Positions 36,949-50,531 are shown, counted from the stretch's first letter. The stretch: DNA of 64,000 nucleotides from Amoebidium appalachense (GCA_963693365.1 CAVNZM010000006.1:4254764-4318763), one strand, 5' to 3'. The notes: generated by a model from the letters alone, not told the origin. Numbers and translations: made by a program.

Positions 36949-38578
36949 ACAAAAAAAAAAAAAAAAGAAAAAAAGAAGACACACAAAAAAGAAAGAAGGA
37001 AAGAAAGAAAGGGGAAAAAGGAGGGGAAAGGGAAAAGAACAAACCAAGCCTTCTCTAGGCCCACCAATACAGACAGTCAACACCAAAACATGACGAATGC
37101 CAAACGCCCCCCCGTTTGTCTTACACGTATCTTTCAAGATTCTTATTCGTGCCCTTTTGCCTCTGTTTCCTTTTCCGTCCTGTCTTATGCACTCCATGAC
37201 CCCCCCCCCTTCCCCCCCCCCCCCCCCCCCCCCTCCCCATCTCCCCTGGGGCCCCCGGGATCCCTGCCCTCTGGTCAGGTTTCCCCCCAAATTACAAATC
37301 TAAGAAAAACCCCTAAGAATAGAATACAAATTGCAACTCACACATTGCAGTGGTCTCTTTGAAATATCCCTGTACTCCCCACTATGTACAGCATTCAAAC
37401 AACCCCCCCTCCCCCCGCCCCCCAAAACCCTCCACCCCTCCCCTCTTTTCCCCCTAGCCCACCCCACGTGGCCACAGCCCACCTTTCCCCATTGTTTCCT
37501 GGAAGTGGGTCCTGCTTCTGGTTACAAGTGCCACATAGGATCATATGATGCTAATCTGTATACTCCGCACAGCCTAGGCAACACAGTCTAACCCCCCTTC
37601 CCCCCCCCCCCCCCCCCCCCCCCCCCCACACACACACACGCGCGCGCGCGTACACACGTACATGTACAAGCAGGGCATGTACGGGAAGAAATTCGAGCCC
37701 CCCTGCATGGCCGGCTTCGAAGCGAGCGGCGTGGTTGTGCAGAACGGGGGAGGGATGATGGGCTATCGTTTGGTGGGGAAGAGGGTTGCCTTATTTGGAA
37801 GTGACATGTGGGCTGAGTATGCTTTGGCTGACGCAATGGGGGTGGTGGAGCTGCCCAATGACTTCCCATTGGAGAAGGCGGCCAATACGCTGGTGGGTGA
37901 TGTGGTGCACTGTGTTCTATGTTTTGTGACATGCGGTTGGGTGGATTTGATGGGACTGTGGTGTGGCGTGTTCTTGGGTTTCTGACATGTGGTTGGTGGA
38001 TTCGATGGAATAGTGGTATGGAAAAGATTGTTCTATATTTTGTGCAATGTGATAGGTGTATGGGGACGTGCTCTTGGTTTTGCATCCTGCTATTGGTGGC
38101 TGTAATGGAAGGCATTTCATTGTTTTGATTCCTGCTCTCCCTTTAGCCCTTTCTCTCTCCCCCCAACCCCCCCCCCACTCCCCCCCAACCGCTATGCTCA
38201 CCATTTCCCCCCTCCCCCCTCCTCGGTGCACATGCCCCTGAATCGTTATTCCCTCCGATTGCGATCCCCCATATCCCCCTCCCCCCCCCCCCTTTCCTCC
38301 CAAACACCCCTCTCCGAACCATCAAAAAATCAATGTAGGCATCAAAAAATCAATGTAGGAGTCGGATGTCTCTCTCGAGCGTTCATTGCCCTCCCACCCA
38401 GCTTCCTTCGTTTCTGCCCTTCCCCTACCCCTCCACCTTCCCCTCCCCTTCCCTCCCTCCCTCTCCCCCCTTGTTTTTTTCCTTCTTAGTGGTTTTTCGG
38501 GCTTAAGAGGAACATCTTGTTGAGGGAGACCTGGTACACTGGGCTCTTTTTTTTCGTATTTATGTACTTTGTGCTGCC

Positions 38579-38617
<39 letters not shown>

Positions 38618-38776
38618 ACACACACACATACGCACACCAGCACCACCACCACCTCCTCCTCCGGGAGAATCGACTCTGCATATGTTGCATAGTAAGTGTG
38701 CTCGTTCTGCATATCTGCATCAGAGATTCCATCGTAACCCTTGTTCCTCGCACTGTGCAGTACATTCTAACCCCCC

Positions 38777-38848
<72 letters not shown>

Positions 38849-39148
38849 TCAACCCCTACACCGTGCTCGGCTTTGTCGAAGTAGCCAAGAACGACGGCCA
38901 CACGTCAATGGTTCACACGGCCGCAGCGAGCGCAGTGGGGAGAATGTTGATCCGTTACGCAAAAAGCGAGGGGGTGGATGTGGTGTGCGTGGTCAGGAGG
39001 GAGGATCAGGCAGAGATATGCAGGAAGGAGGGGGCTAAGGCGGTGGTGGATACGTCCAAGGAGGGGTGGCAGGCGGAGTTGAAGGAGGTTCTGAAGGTGG
39101 GTGTATGTGTTTTTTTTGTTTTGTTGTTTTTTGTTTCTGTGTGTCTGT

Positions 39149-39179
<31 letters not shown>

Positions 39180-39243
39180 GGGGGGGGGGGAGGTGGGGGC
39201 GGGCTATGGGGAGGGGGAAGGGAAGGCGGGGAGAGGAGTGGGG

Positions 39244-39286
<43 letters not shown>

Positions 39287-39392
39287 TTTGGGTGGGTGGG
39301 TGGGTAGGTCTTGTGTGCTTGTGTTTGTGGCTGTGTGTATTAAGGAAGAGTTTTAACCTTCCGATACATCACGTCCCCCTTTTCCCTCCCCC

Positions 39393-39423
<31 letters not shown>

Positions 39424-39606
39424 ACGCCCCTTTCATTCATACCACACACTGATATACACAAACACTGCAGCACCCAGCTCTGTCCACCCCTCACCCTTCA
39501 TAACCATACACGCGTGGTCGCACAAAATAACCAATGTACCACAACCATATCCACATAAATACACACACACAACACACACACATATATACACACGATTACA
39601 CATGCG

Positions 39607-39642
<36 letters not shown>

Positions 39643-39973
39643 GGCCAACAACACCCGCATTGGCTTTGATGCTGTTGGTGGGGAGCTGACTGCACAGGTG
39701 CTCGGAGCCATGCCACGTGGCAGCACGATGCACGTGAGTACAATGCCTGTGATTGGTTTTCCCCCCTTTTTTTCCGGCTTTTCTTTTTTCTTTTTTTTTT
39801 TTTCTGTTTTCAATATTAGTGTTAGTGCACGTGTGTGTGTGTGTGTGTGGATTCCTGTAGATGTGCGTGACGGAGTGGAAGGTGAAAAGGGCATCAGTTC
39901 TTTCTCTCTCTCTCTCTCCTTTTTTTGGGTGGAAGGGGGGGGGGGGAGGATTGCTGATGTTGTTTTCTTCTTC

Positions 39974-40013
<40 letters not shown>

Positions 40014-40913
40014 CCCCCCCCCCCCCCTCTCTCTCTCTTTCTCTTTCTCTCTCTCTCTTTTTCCCCTACGTATACTCTCCAAGCCCACCGTTGGTGCCCA
40101 CACGCTACATACACCATCCACTCACACACAGAACTGAACATTAACCCCCCCCCCTCCCCCCCCCCCTCTCCCCGTTCAGCCCTTAAAGCACACACCTAAA
40201 TGCATTTCCGCATTTCCTTTCAAACCCCCCCCCCCCCCCTCTCTCTCTCTCTTCACTCCCTAACTAAGCACCTACATGCATCAACCCAGACACACATTCA
40301 GCTGACTTTTTTCATTTTTTGCGCACGCGCTCCCCCCCCCCCCCCCCCCCCCCCCCAACACACACACCCTACTCATCCACCTTCTTACCCCTATCCTTTA
40401 ATACATGTGAACGAAAGCCCCCCCCCCCCCCCCCCCCCCCCCCCCGCCCCTGCTTCCGCCGCCGCCGCCACCCTGGACGGGTCCCATTTGTTAGTTTGAA
40501 CCCCCCCCCCAAAAAAAAAATCCCTGAACCAATAAACCAACTAACATAACGCAACACAGGTATACGGAGCTCTGAGTGGGTCTCCCACTGCAAACGCCGG
40601 AGTCGGGGATCTGATCTTCCAGGGCAAATCCCTGAAGGGGTTCTGGCTGACGGAATACATAAAGTCAAAGAACCTTATCGGTATGATTATGTGGACACGC
40701 AAGGTCGTGAGTATGCTCCAATCAGAACTCTCCACGACGGTGTCCAAGACCGTTACATTGGACGATCTGGCGGATGGAATTTTGTTCTACATTAAGAATA
40801 TGAGCGCGGGAAAAGTTTTGATCAAGATTGCGGGAGATGAAACGGAGGGAAAACAGGCGGAGGAGACAGCGGCACCTGCATCGGATTCCGCGGCAGCCGC
40901 TACAAGCAGTTAG
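35182..40913 (+). CDS. Zinc-independent MDR-family oxidoreductase (2-enoyl thioester reductase / quinone oxidoreductase-like); 6 exons, 365 aa
   Basis: Exons 35182-35259, 36038-36145, 37674-37892, 38848-39096, 39644-39733, 40560-40913 (1098 nt, all phase 0). Motifs PKPGQVLVKI, VNPSD, GFEASGVV, VNPYT, TAAASAVGRML, FDAVGG, VYGALSG, LKGFWL, GKVLI. No catalytic Zn Cys/His. Confidence 0.93.
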
Positions 40914-41441
40914 TCAGGATAACAAAAAATGTCCTTTTTTTCATATGTTTACTGATAGATATGTAGGTTGGTTTTTTTTGTTTGTTTGTTTGTTTGGTTG
41001 TTTTTTTTTTGTTTGTTTTTTTTGTTTTTTTTTTTTGTTTGTTTGTTTGTTTTTGCCCCTTCACTGACTAAAGGTGTGTGTGTGTGTGTGTGTGTGTGTG
41101 CAGCTGGGGAGGTGGGAACATTGATAAGGACTCGGGAGGTGGGAAGAGGGGAAGGGGGGGGGGGGGGGGGGCGCAGGGCGGGGGTGTGTACTGTACTGCG
41201 TTTGTTTGGGGGGGGGGGGGGGGGGGGGAGGGGGGGTTGTATGCGCTACACGACACTATAAATTGCCTAAACTAGAAAAGGAGTGGTGTGTGCACTGGAC
41301 AGGAAGATAAGGAAGGGAGGGGGGATGAGGGGTAAATACATACATACCAAAAATCCAACCAAGATCGAGAGGGGGGGGGGGGGGGGTTCACGGTGCCGAT
41401 GTCCATGTTTGTGAATGTCTGTGTGTGTATGGTGGGTGGGT

Positions 41442-41538
<97 letters not shown>

Positions 41539-41960
41539 TTGAGTGTGAGCAAGAGCTGTGGGTGTGAGTGTGAGTGTGGGTGTGGGTGTGTGCATTCGTG
41601 CTTGTGTCCACGTACACGTGTGATTTCAAAAAAGTCGAAAGCGCCAGTGACACCCATGTTGAAAAAAAGACAAGCAAGCACGCTAAGAAGGACAGCAAGA
41701 AGTAATAGAAACCCTTTCATGCCGAAAAAATGGTCAAGAACAAAGAAGTGGAGGACACGTAACTATAGTCTGATAGTTGTGACTAAGGGCACTAAGGCTA
41801 ACACGTACTGACGTGTTGCCGCACGTGCGAAGTTTTAACATCTACGGTCCCTTTTAAGTAATAAAAAAAAAAAAAAAAAAAAAAAAAGAAAGGAGACACC
41901 GCCTCAGTAGGTGGTAGGCACTAAGGGCACCAAGCTGATGCACCCGCGCGCGCGAGCCGA

Positions 41961-43371
41961 AATCATCAATAGTGAAACTATTTCGATTGGTTCTTCGAAT
42001 CCTGTCCTGATTGGTGGAAACATTCATTGGTCTTCAGAACCAAATGAAGTGTTTCCATCCAATCATGGACTGGCGCTGAGTGAGGCTGCTGGCTATAAAC
42101 GCAGCAGCCGAACGAAGCCTTCAATCAGTCTTCCCTCACTCAGCGCCCTTCCAAACGCTGAGTTGTTAGCTGGGGCTCACGTTAGCTTGATCGGCTTCGG
42201 TATCACGGTTTCAACATGGCTTCCTCTCCTGTTTACGCTGAACGTCTCGTCGAGTTCCTGCCCAGGGCAGAGGACACTACTCCCGATGCCCGCGAGCAGC
42301 GCTGGGCTCCGCCCCCGTCCGGCGTCTCCTTAAAGGCCCGCGTGCAAGTGGCCCAGATTTCCCCGGCCACCCGGGACTTCCCAACCTCTTGTGTGAGTAC
42401 GGTCTCGTCACCGGCCCTGAGGCACTGGACCCCCAGTGGGGTTGGCTTGACCGTCTGTCCGCTGGCGCCCGTGAAGAGGTTACCGTCCTCATCGGCGCTA
42501 TGTCTGCCCTCATTCAAGGTTCCAGCCTTGCCGCCGCCAAGGCCGTCACGGAGAGGCAGCTTGTCGAGCTCCTCCTGCAGTACCAGAGTGACGTCCTCCG
42601 GCTATTGGCTTCCCGTGTCAATTATCAGAAAATGGTTGCCCAACATGGCCGGGCCATCGCCGACTTTGCCCAAGCTGAAGTTCAAGGTGCCCGGGGCCTG
42701 GATTACCTCCCCGAGTACCAGAAGGGACTGAAGGCCGCCAAGCAGAAGGCCGCCAGCCTCCAGCTCGCCAATGCCGCCCGAGCCCGCCATGGTTTCGGTT
42801 CTTCCGACGATCTGCCCGACTCCCAGCCCGGTGGCACCCGTGGGCGGGAGGTCCCCTCTCGTGGGGCCCCCTCCCCAGGTGATCGGTTCAGCTGAATTCC
42901 ATTTGTTCGTCCCGTACTTTCCCCACTCGCGGTACAGGGGCGTAGGAGCATCGTGAGTGGGCCTGCTGGCGTCGTCGGCCCACGTGCGTCGAGTTTATCC
43001 GCCGCGACGTCGCCCAGGGTCAAGCCATTTATGTACACTAGTTCTAGCAGTTTTATTTCTTACAAGCTTAAGATTAATTCGTGGCTCTAGTCTCCGTAGT
43101 AGGTAGTTTGTATCGTTCGCCCTCAGATGTCGTTGGTCGCAGTAGCAATGGGATTCTCAGCCCGGAAGCCAATCATCAATAGTGAAACTATTTCGATTGG
43201 TTGTGACATGGTTCTTCGAATCCTGTCCTGATTGGTGGAAACATTCATTGGTCTTCAGAACCAAATGAAGTGTTTCCATCCAATCATGGACTGGCGCTGA
43301 GTGAGGCTGCTGGCTATAAACGCAGCAGCCGAACGAAGCCTTCAATCAGTCTTCCCTCACTCAGCGCCCTT
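41961..43371 (+). mobile_element. 1.4-kb non-autonomous element bounded by ~190-bp direct repeats (41961-42150, 43171-43371)
   Basis: Repeats are identical except for an 11-nt indel (gtgacatggtt). Each holds CCAAT boxes and TATAAA. No TG..CA ends, RT or integrase. Confidence 0.75.
42216..42895 (+). CDS. Orphan helical (possibly Gag-like) ORF of the direct-repeat element, about 226 aa, split by one frameshift near 42360-42385
   Basis: ATG 42216 lies ~120 bp downstream of the repeat's TATA. GC3-rich codon use passes from ORF 42216 (MASSPVYAERL...) into ORF 42389..42895 (...LDRLSAGAREEV...LLASRVNYQKMVAQHGRAIADF...). Confidence 0.55.
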
Positions 43372-43875
43372 TCACCCACCCATCCCGCCCGCATTTTCCT
43401 TGCTCTCACTCAGTTTGCACACACGTGGTTGTAGGTAGGCACGCCTTTCTAGACCACAGCCGAGGGCGTGGCTTTCTCTTTATGCAGTTCTCTGTAGATT
43501 TCGACGGCAACCGGATTGCCCAAACCTGTAGCCGATCTCAGCTGACAGAGCCCAATAATAAAGCGAAAGCAATGGGATTCTCAGAAGCCAATCTATTTTT
43601 ACCTTTTCCCTAATCAGGCGCGGCGGGTAGATCTAGGCATGCGATTTAATCGAATTTTATTCTAGTCTATTCTATGGAGTGCGTCTGCAGCACAATGATT
43701 GGTCCACGGCTCGAGGTATCTGCAGATCAAGCAGAAAACAGAACATTCGAATTTTTATATTATATTTTTTTTTATAATGACTTTATTGATGTGCGAATTC
43801 CCCCCCCCCCCCCCCCCCCCCCCCCACAAGGAAGAGAGAGAGAGAGAAAGGGGGAGAGAGAGAGAGTGAGTGAGT

Positions 43876-43939
<64 letters not shown>

Positions 43940-44795
43940 TATTCTAAGGGGGCCGACAAGGAGAGCTAGACAGGGCTGCTACCTTTGGAGGTAGCTCTTA
44001 TTTTTCAAGGCTGAAAAAACTCTCCTTCCGAAGCGACTGATAACGCGCCAACTCATACCCTTGAAAAATAGACTCGCCAGAGTATACTCTGGTCATACGT
44101 CGGCTGAGGCCACAGTCGAACGTGGCAGTCTGCAGTAAACAGGGAGACAGAGGGGGAGATTATTGATCATGACCAGATCAAGATCTATCGCCGTTGGTTC
44201 GGATAGCAAAAGTTCGAATTATCCCGACAAGCCGACATTCATTGAAAGTGTTCGCATGTGCCCGTTTCAGGCACTTCAACCCTTTAACACGTAAATTAGG
44301 ACCACGTTCACAATATGCCTCACTGCATGTACTGAAATACTGTAAGAAGTTCTGCTACAATGACAATAATCTCTAGCTAATTAGTCTAATAATTACAATA
44401 GCTACGTCGACTAAGCTGCAGCAGGAGAGTACTGACGACGACGGGCATCACAACTTCTGAAGTGTTCCTCAAAACACACACAAAAAACATCAGATTCTGT
44501 TCATGGTCGAATGAAGTTCTATGATTTGGAATCTGTCACATGCCCACTTGCTTCTTTTGGTCTTCTTTTTTTCCCAAACTTGATGAGTCCGCTAGACTGC
44601 CACTGATTTTTCCTACCTGTGTAGCAAGCAAATACTGGTGTAGTTAGTTAGACAGGTAGCTGGTTGTCGTCGTGCAAAAAACCACCACAACATTATAATT
44701 TCTTCTTAAACGACAGGCATACACTTAAGAGTTTGCAGCACACCTTTACCAAGAATGCACTGACGAAGTTATAATTTCCCTTAAAAAACACAAAC

Positions 44796-46224
44796 ATGGA
44801 TTCTCCTGGTGGCTCCATGATTCTGGTCCCAGACACCGACGGTTTGTGTGCTGGTAGTGGTTCTCCTTCCGGCGGCACGAAAACAGAGAAAAACAGCGAA
44901 TCAAAATCCCAACTACTGCAAGAGTCCAGAGTTTCGAAGAACTTGAATGTTGTTCAAAGCTTCGACGCTTTCGGCGGCAGGGCAGGGAGCACATATGTGT
45001 CCTCCCCCGTTTCGAGTTTTGTTTTCTCGTCATCAAACCAGAAAAACAATCAAAGGTTTGGGCCCAGGTACCACCGCCTAACTTTCATAACGTTCCTATG
45101 CGGCTTTTCGTTTTTGCTTGCAGTTGAGTCCGTTACCCTTTTCCTGTCTCTGAAAGCATTTCCGGACGATTTGTCGTTTGTGAGCGAGCTGAGGGTGAAA
45201 AAAAGTCGAGATCGAAATGGACATTAAGACGTTCACAAAACAACTAACAGAAGGGAAAACACCAGCATTGAAACTCGCCGCCATCAGAACGATGCAGGCT
45301 TCCGCCGCAGAAACACTACGCTGGTACAGTGGCCAAAAGGACAAATCCAACAAAGTAATGGTGTACCAATGCGTAGCCAGTGCCATACACATTCTGATCT
45401 TTTTCGCCGTTTTGTTCTTCACCTATCGATACCGCAACCACCCGGCCGTCAAGTCTCGAAGCGTCCCATTCCTCGTTCATCTGTTTATATCTACGGCCCT
45501 GCTTCAAATCGTCGCCGTTATGATTATTTACGCCTCGACTCTCCAAACGTTGCCTTACCCGCCCTTAAATCGAAAGGTCGACCTAGGTTGGCTCAAATAC
45601 ATGGAGGAAAAGGCGGGAAAAACAGAGGCATTATACTTTAGCATGGTGGCGGCTTCTCTCTATTGCCTCGCATTCTTCGCGAACGCCATCGTACAACGAC
45701 AGCGAATCATTTGTCTCATTTTTATCGATCCGTTTGCGACCCAAAAGAACCCCGGCTGGCAATACTACACGCTGCTGCCCTTGTTTCTCATTATGGGTAC
45801 CACATCGTGTATCCCAGTATGGATAGAGGTCTACGCCAAGAAACTCGAGGACAAGGAGTGGACGAGTAACTATTTCTTTGCTGGTGCGTGGGCCACGTTG
45901 ATAACTTACGGGTCGTTGTGGGTATACTACAACCTACGCACAAAGCAAGCCGATTTAATGTTTAGCGATTACCACGCAAACATCCGCTCTGTGATTGTTT
46001 TGCAAGGTATGTTTGCTGGTATGATGATCTTTGCCCATTTCCACTTCTATGGCCCCAGCACTATTTACCTCTCCGTGGTGGTGACTCGCCTACCGAGTTC
46101 GTCGTATGTTTTGGACCAGTTTTGGTGTCAGGTAGTGCAGGCACGTTTGTTTAGTGCGGAAAAATCTCAGAGGACAAATGTAGCAACAATCTTCACGGGA
46201 ACTGTGGCTACGAGTAGCCATTGA
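44796..46224 (+). CDS. Intronless multi-pass membrane protein A (N-terminal TM plus class-C-GPCR-like 7TM), about 475 aa; +1 frameshift in the A7 run at 45198-45204
   Basis: ORFs 44796..45227 and 45217..46224 together align end to end with 59233..60705. Deleting one A gives LRVKKVEIEM, matching the paralogue's LRLKKTEIEM. Confidence 0.85.
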
Positions 46225-46750
46225 GTGGCCTTCAACTTGTCAAAGGTAGATAGCGTAATGCATAAGCGTATGATACTAATGGTTTGAGTTACTGTAATGA
46301 AAGTACTGAGAGTTTGTGATTGAGACATTGAAAGTAGATGTGAAATTTTTCGCTTAGTAGTGTGTAATGGCATCATCGCTGTTCGATTGTTACTTTAAGT
46401 TGTCAATGACATGAGGGTGTAGTATGTTATAACTTTTTTTTCGAGTAGTAGAACCTCACACGCTGGTCTTATCTAAGTTGTGTTTAGTTTAAAGAGTTGG
46501 ACTGCTGTAAGACTTGGTAGTTGATCGGTCTCGTTTTCTTCCTTCTTTTAAGAAACAACCGAATTAATTTTTTTGTTTTTATTTATATATTATATAAGAA
46601 TATAAAGAGGGATTTCTTTTGAAGATGAATATACGTGCCTACCCTCCAAATCCGAGTCCAATTTGGGGAGCAAACCCAACATGCTCATGGGCCTCTCGAG
46701 CTCACCAATTCAATGCACTGCTTAGCCTTAGCCTGTGTGCGCCCATGCAT

Positions 46751-46797
<47 letters not shown>

Positions 46798-46870
46798 AAA
46801 GGAAAGAAAAGAAAGAAAAAAGAAAGAAAGAATGTAAGAAAAAGAAAGAAAGAATGTAAGAAAAAAAGAC

Positions 46871-47039
46871 TTTCTCCGTGCCCGTGGTGTCCAAGGCCTT
46901 CGTCCTTTCTCGTAAAATTCGGGTCAACCCGATGATATGTGTGTATTAGTCTACTTATTCGACACATGACTATGATGGGCAGCAAAAGCTTGAAGGGAAA
47001 GAAGAGGGTGTTGGGAACGGTGACGAGGACACGGGAAAA
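46871..47039. mobile_element. Possible small MITE
   Basis: Imperfect inverted ends: tttctccgtgcccgtg ... acgaggacacgggaaaa. Confidence 0.3.
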
Positions 47040-47067
47040 TGTGTGCGTGTGTGTCTGTCTGTCTGTC

Positions 47068-47122
<55 letters not shown>

Positions 47123-47961
47123 CGGTTGTTTGTTTTTTGTGTGTGTGTTTGTTTTCAGTGTGTGTGTGTGTGTGCGTGCGTGTGTGCGTGTGTGTGCGCA
47201 CGCGCATGTGTTTTTGTGTGTGTGTCAGGTGATAAGAGTTTGTTTGTGCGACCTTTACACAGCACAAACACGATGTCTGCCAACGGTGCCACAATGTGTC
47301 TGTTTATGCCTGTGTGTCCCACCAACAGTAACTTTCAAGTGTGTCTTTCTGCCGCACGGTGTGCGTGGCCCCGGCCGGGGGGGGGGGGGGGGAGGGGGAG
47401 GGAGGGGGGGGGAGGGGGAGGGGGAGGGGGGGGGGGGGGGGGGGGGGGGGAGGGGGGAGGTTGGTATATTTGAGAGTGTGACTGTAACTATCTGTGTTTT
47501 TGTGTGTCTGTAGATGCAGTTAGATCTTTAATAACAACCCCTCCCCCCCCCCCCCCCCCCCCCCCCCGGCCGCCGCCTTTTTCCCCGAAGGAAAAAACGC
47601 GTGATGGCACTGCATGTTCTTATATGTTTTTTTTTCAGCCGCCGGCATGTGGAGGAGGGGGGGGGTGAGGGGGGGGGGGGGGGGGGGAATAGTCGAGGCC
47701 AAGGAGGGAGACTCAGGGCCGGGGGAGGGTGTGTGTGGTGGTGGTGGTGGGTTGGGGGCCTCGGTGGAGGAGGGGGGGGGACGGGGAGGGGGGAAGGGGG
47801 GGGGGCCAGCAACGAGATTTAAGTTCAAGTAGTATGTTTCAAAGCTTGGCTAGTCCGCCATCAAGTGACGGCCGTGACCTTAAAATCTGACTGCTACCGC
47901 ACCGTCTTATAAAAACTACGTTTAAGGCTTGACTGCCAACTTTGTTCCCATTGGCCTACTT

Positions 47962-47998
<37 letters not shown>

Positions 47999-48285
47999 TA
48001 GTTTAAGTGAAAACTTGTACGGCTGCCCCAAATGATTGGCCTGCCATGGGAAATCTACATCGGAATCGTTTGCTTCGCTCAGAAACTGACTGTTAAAGTC
48101 AACCCGTCAACCAATCGCATCCCCCTGCCTTGTGCCGATTGGCTCAGAAAGTCAGTGCAAGCACTGTAACCACCCCTGTCTGGCAGATGAACCTTTTTCT
48201 GGGGTGGAACCGTGCGGGAGGTGTTCCAAAATTTGGGGGTGGGGTTGGGGCGGAGGTTGTGTGTGTGTTTGTGTGTGTGTGTGTG

Positions 48286-48320
<35 letters not shown>

Positions 48321-48599
48321 GGGGGGGGAGGGGGGACATGATGTCTTGCTCAAAGCGTGGGCGGGTCCTGGATTGAAAGTGCATGTATGCCGTTTCCAGA
48401 GTCACAAAAACACGGCTTCTAGAGCCCAAAATCGCAACGTACACTTTCTTTTTTTTTTATTTAGTTAAAGCTGGAGCTGTTATTGGGGTTTTTCTTTCTG
48501 TTCCAAGACGTTGTTTAGCCTTGGAGTCTTAATAAAACTTCTCTCTCGGTTAAATACAGTTACACAACACACACACACACACACACACAGACACACACA

Positions 48600-48659
<60 letters not shown>

Positions 48660-49236
48660 CACACACACACACACACACACGCACGCACGCACACACACAC
48701 ACCGTGACACACACATGCCCCAGGCACACACACAAAAACATGCCACACATGTGCCTTCGACAACCCCCCCCCTTACCCCTGCGCACGCCTCCTCCTCCCG
48801 TTCCCCCTCCATACCCGACCTCGCACTCTCTCCGAGCAGCCCCCACACCTTCCAAATCACCCAAAAAAAGGCCCCCCAGTCTTCAGAGGGGGGAAGAAGG
48901 GGGAACCCTGGGGCGGGGCTGGGGGGAGGGGGGGGGGGGGGGGGGGGAGGGAGGATATGGGTATGTGCGCGGGCTGCCCTGCATTGTATGTACTCTGATC
49001 AGTGTTTGGGCCGCTTTACCATGCACATGCTTGCAGCCTGTATGTGGAATTACTATAATGCACCTATAAGGGACTTTTGATTTTGAGAATGGGGAGGGGC
49101 GGGGAGGGGAAGGGGGAGAGAGAGTAGTAAATATCAACGTGCCCCTGGTGGAACCCCCTCCCCCTCCTTTCGAGAAGGGGGGGGGGGGTACCCCCTCCAT
49201 CAAAAGGATTGGGTCCCCCCCCCCCCCCCCCATCCC

Positions 49237-49269
<33 letters not shown>

Positions 49270-49321
49270 TCCAGGTAGCCGCAGGGGTGGGTGGTTCCCC
49301 CCTGGAGATGGGAGTATCCAC

Positions 49322-49354
49322 CTCAGCTGATACCGAATGTCCCAGGGCAGCCCG

Positions 49355-49387
<33 letters not shown>

Positions 49388-49572
49388 GGGGAACCCAACT
49401 AATTGATTTTCTTAGTCTTTATGGTGCTTCGTAGAGTAAGAAAACCCTGATATATATCAACACCAGACATTTATGTACTTGATCATGATATACCGCTGAT
49501 GGGATATTCCAAGCAAAACCCCCCCATACCTGAGACTGGTCTCTCTTTGCCTCGAGTAAACAGCTTAACCCC
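49322..49572 (+). repeat. Dispersed repeat family B, copy 2
   Basis: Inverted homologue of 5215-5472, including the internal A/T run. Confidence 0.85.
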
Positions 49573-49860
49573 GTATCCACCTGGGAGAGTGGGGGGGGGG
49601 GACCCCCCCCCCCCCCCCCCCCCGCGTCAGCGGCGTGTGCACGTGATTATGGCCAGAGCCTCTTTTTCACCCACCAAAGGTCGTATTCGTTAGTTTTTTT
49701 TTTTTTTCCAGGTGAGAAATTGATTCCGTTTTGGCCACTGATGCACATCCGCCTCCCCCCCCCCCCCCCCCTCCCCCCCCCCCCCCCCCCCCCCCGCCAC
49801 ACACACACACACATACACACACACACACACATTCACACACGCGCGCACGCGCGCGTGCAT

Positions 49861-49896
<36 letters not shown>

Positions 49897-50050
49897 AACA
49901 AACACGCACGCACGCACACACACACACACACAGTGCACGTGCGTGTACACACACACACATACACACAAACACACACACACACACAGACACACACACACAC
50001 AGTGCGCGCGCGTGCACACACACACACACACACATACACACAAACACACA

Positions 50051-50102
<52 letters not shown>

Positions 50103-50388
50103 CTGCCCCTTCGTGCATGCTGGTGCTCTTCTTCTGCCGGATGTGACTCCCTGTGTATTCTTGGCAAGGTTTGCTTTGTGTTGTCCGCAGCAAATGTGTA
50201 CTATATCGTCTACAACATTAGTAAAGACCCCCCCTCCACCTTCCCCCCTCTCCCCCGCCCCTCCCGCCCCACTTACCTCCTCCCCACCCCCACCCCGATC
50301 TCTCTCCCTCACCCTGCTCATTTACACAAGTGAATGCACGCGCACACGTGCACACACACACACACACATACACACGCGCGCGTACACA

Positions 50389-50425
<37 letters not shown>

Positions 50426-50436
50426 ACACACACACA

Positions 50437-50531
<95 letters not shown>

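Noticed and set aside
42067-42135. Hammerhead-like arrangement CUGAGUGA-stem-GAAC in the direct repeats
   Set aside because: The core has an extra base, lacks GAAA and a proper stem III/UH site, and is sequestered by a perfect 14-bp alternative stem.
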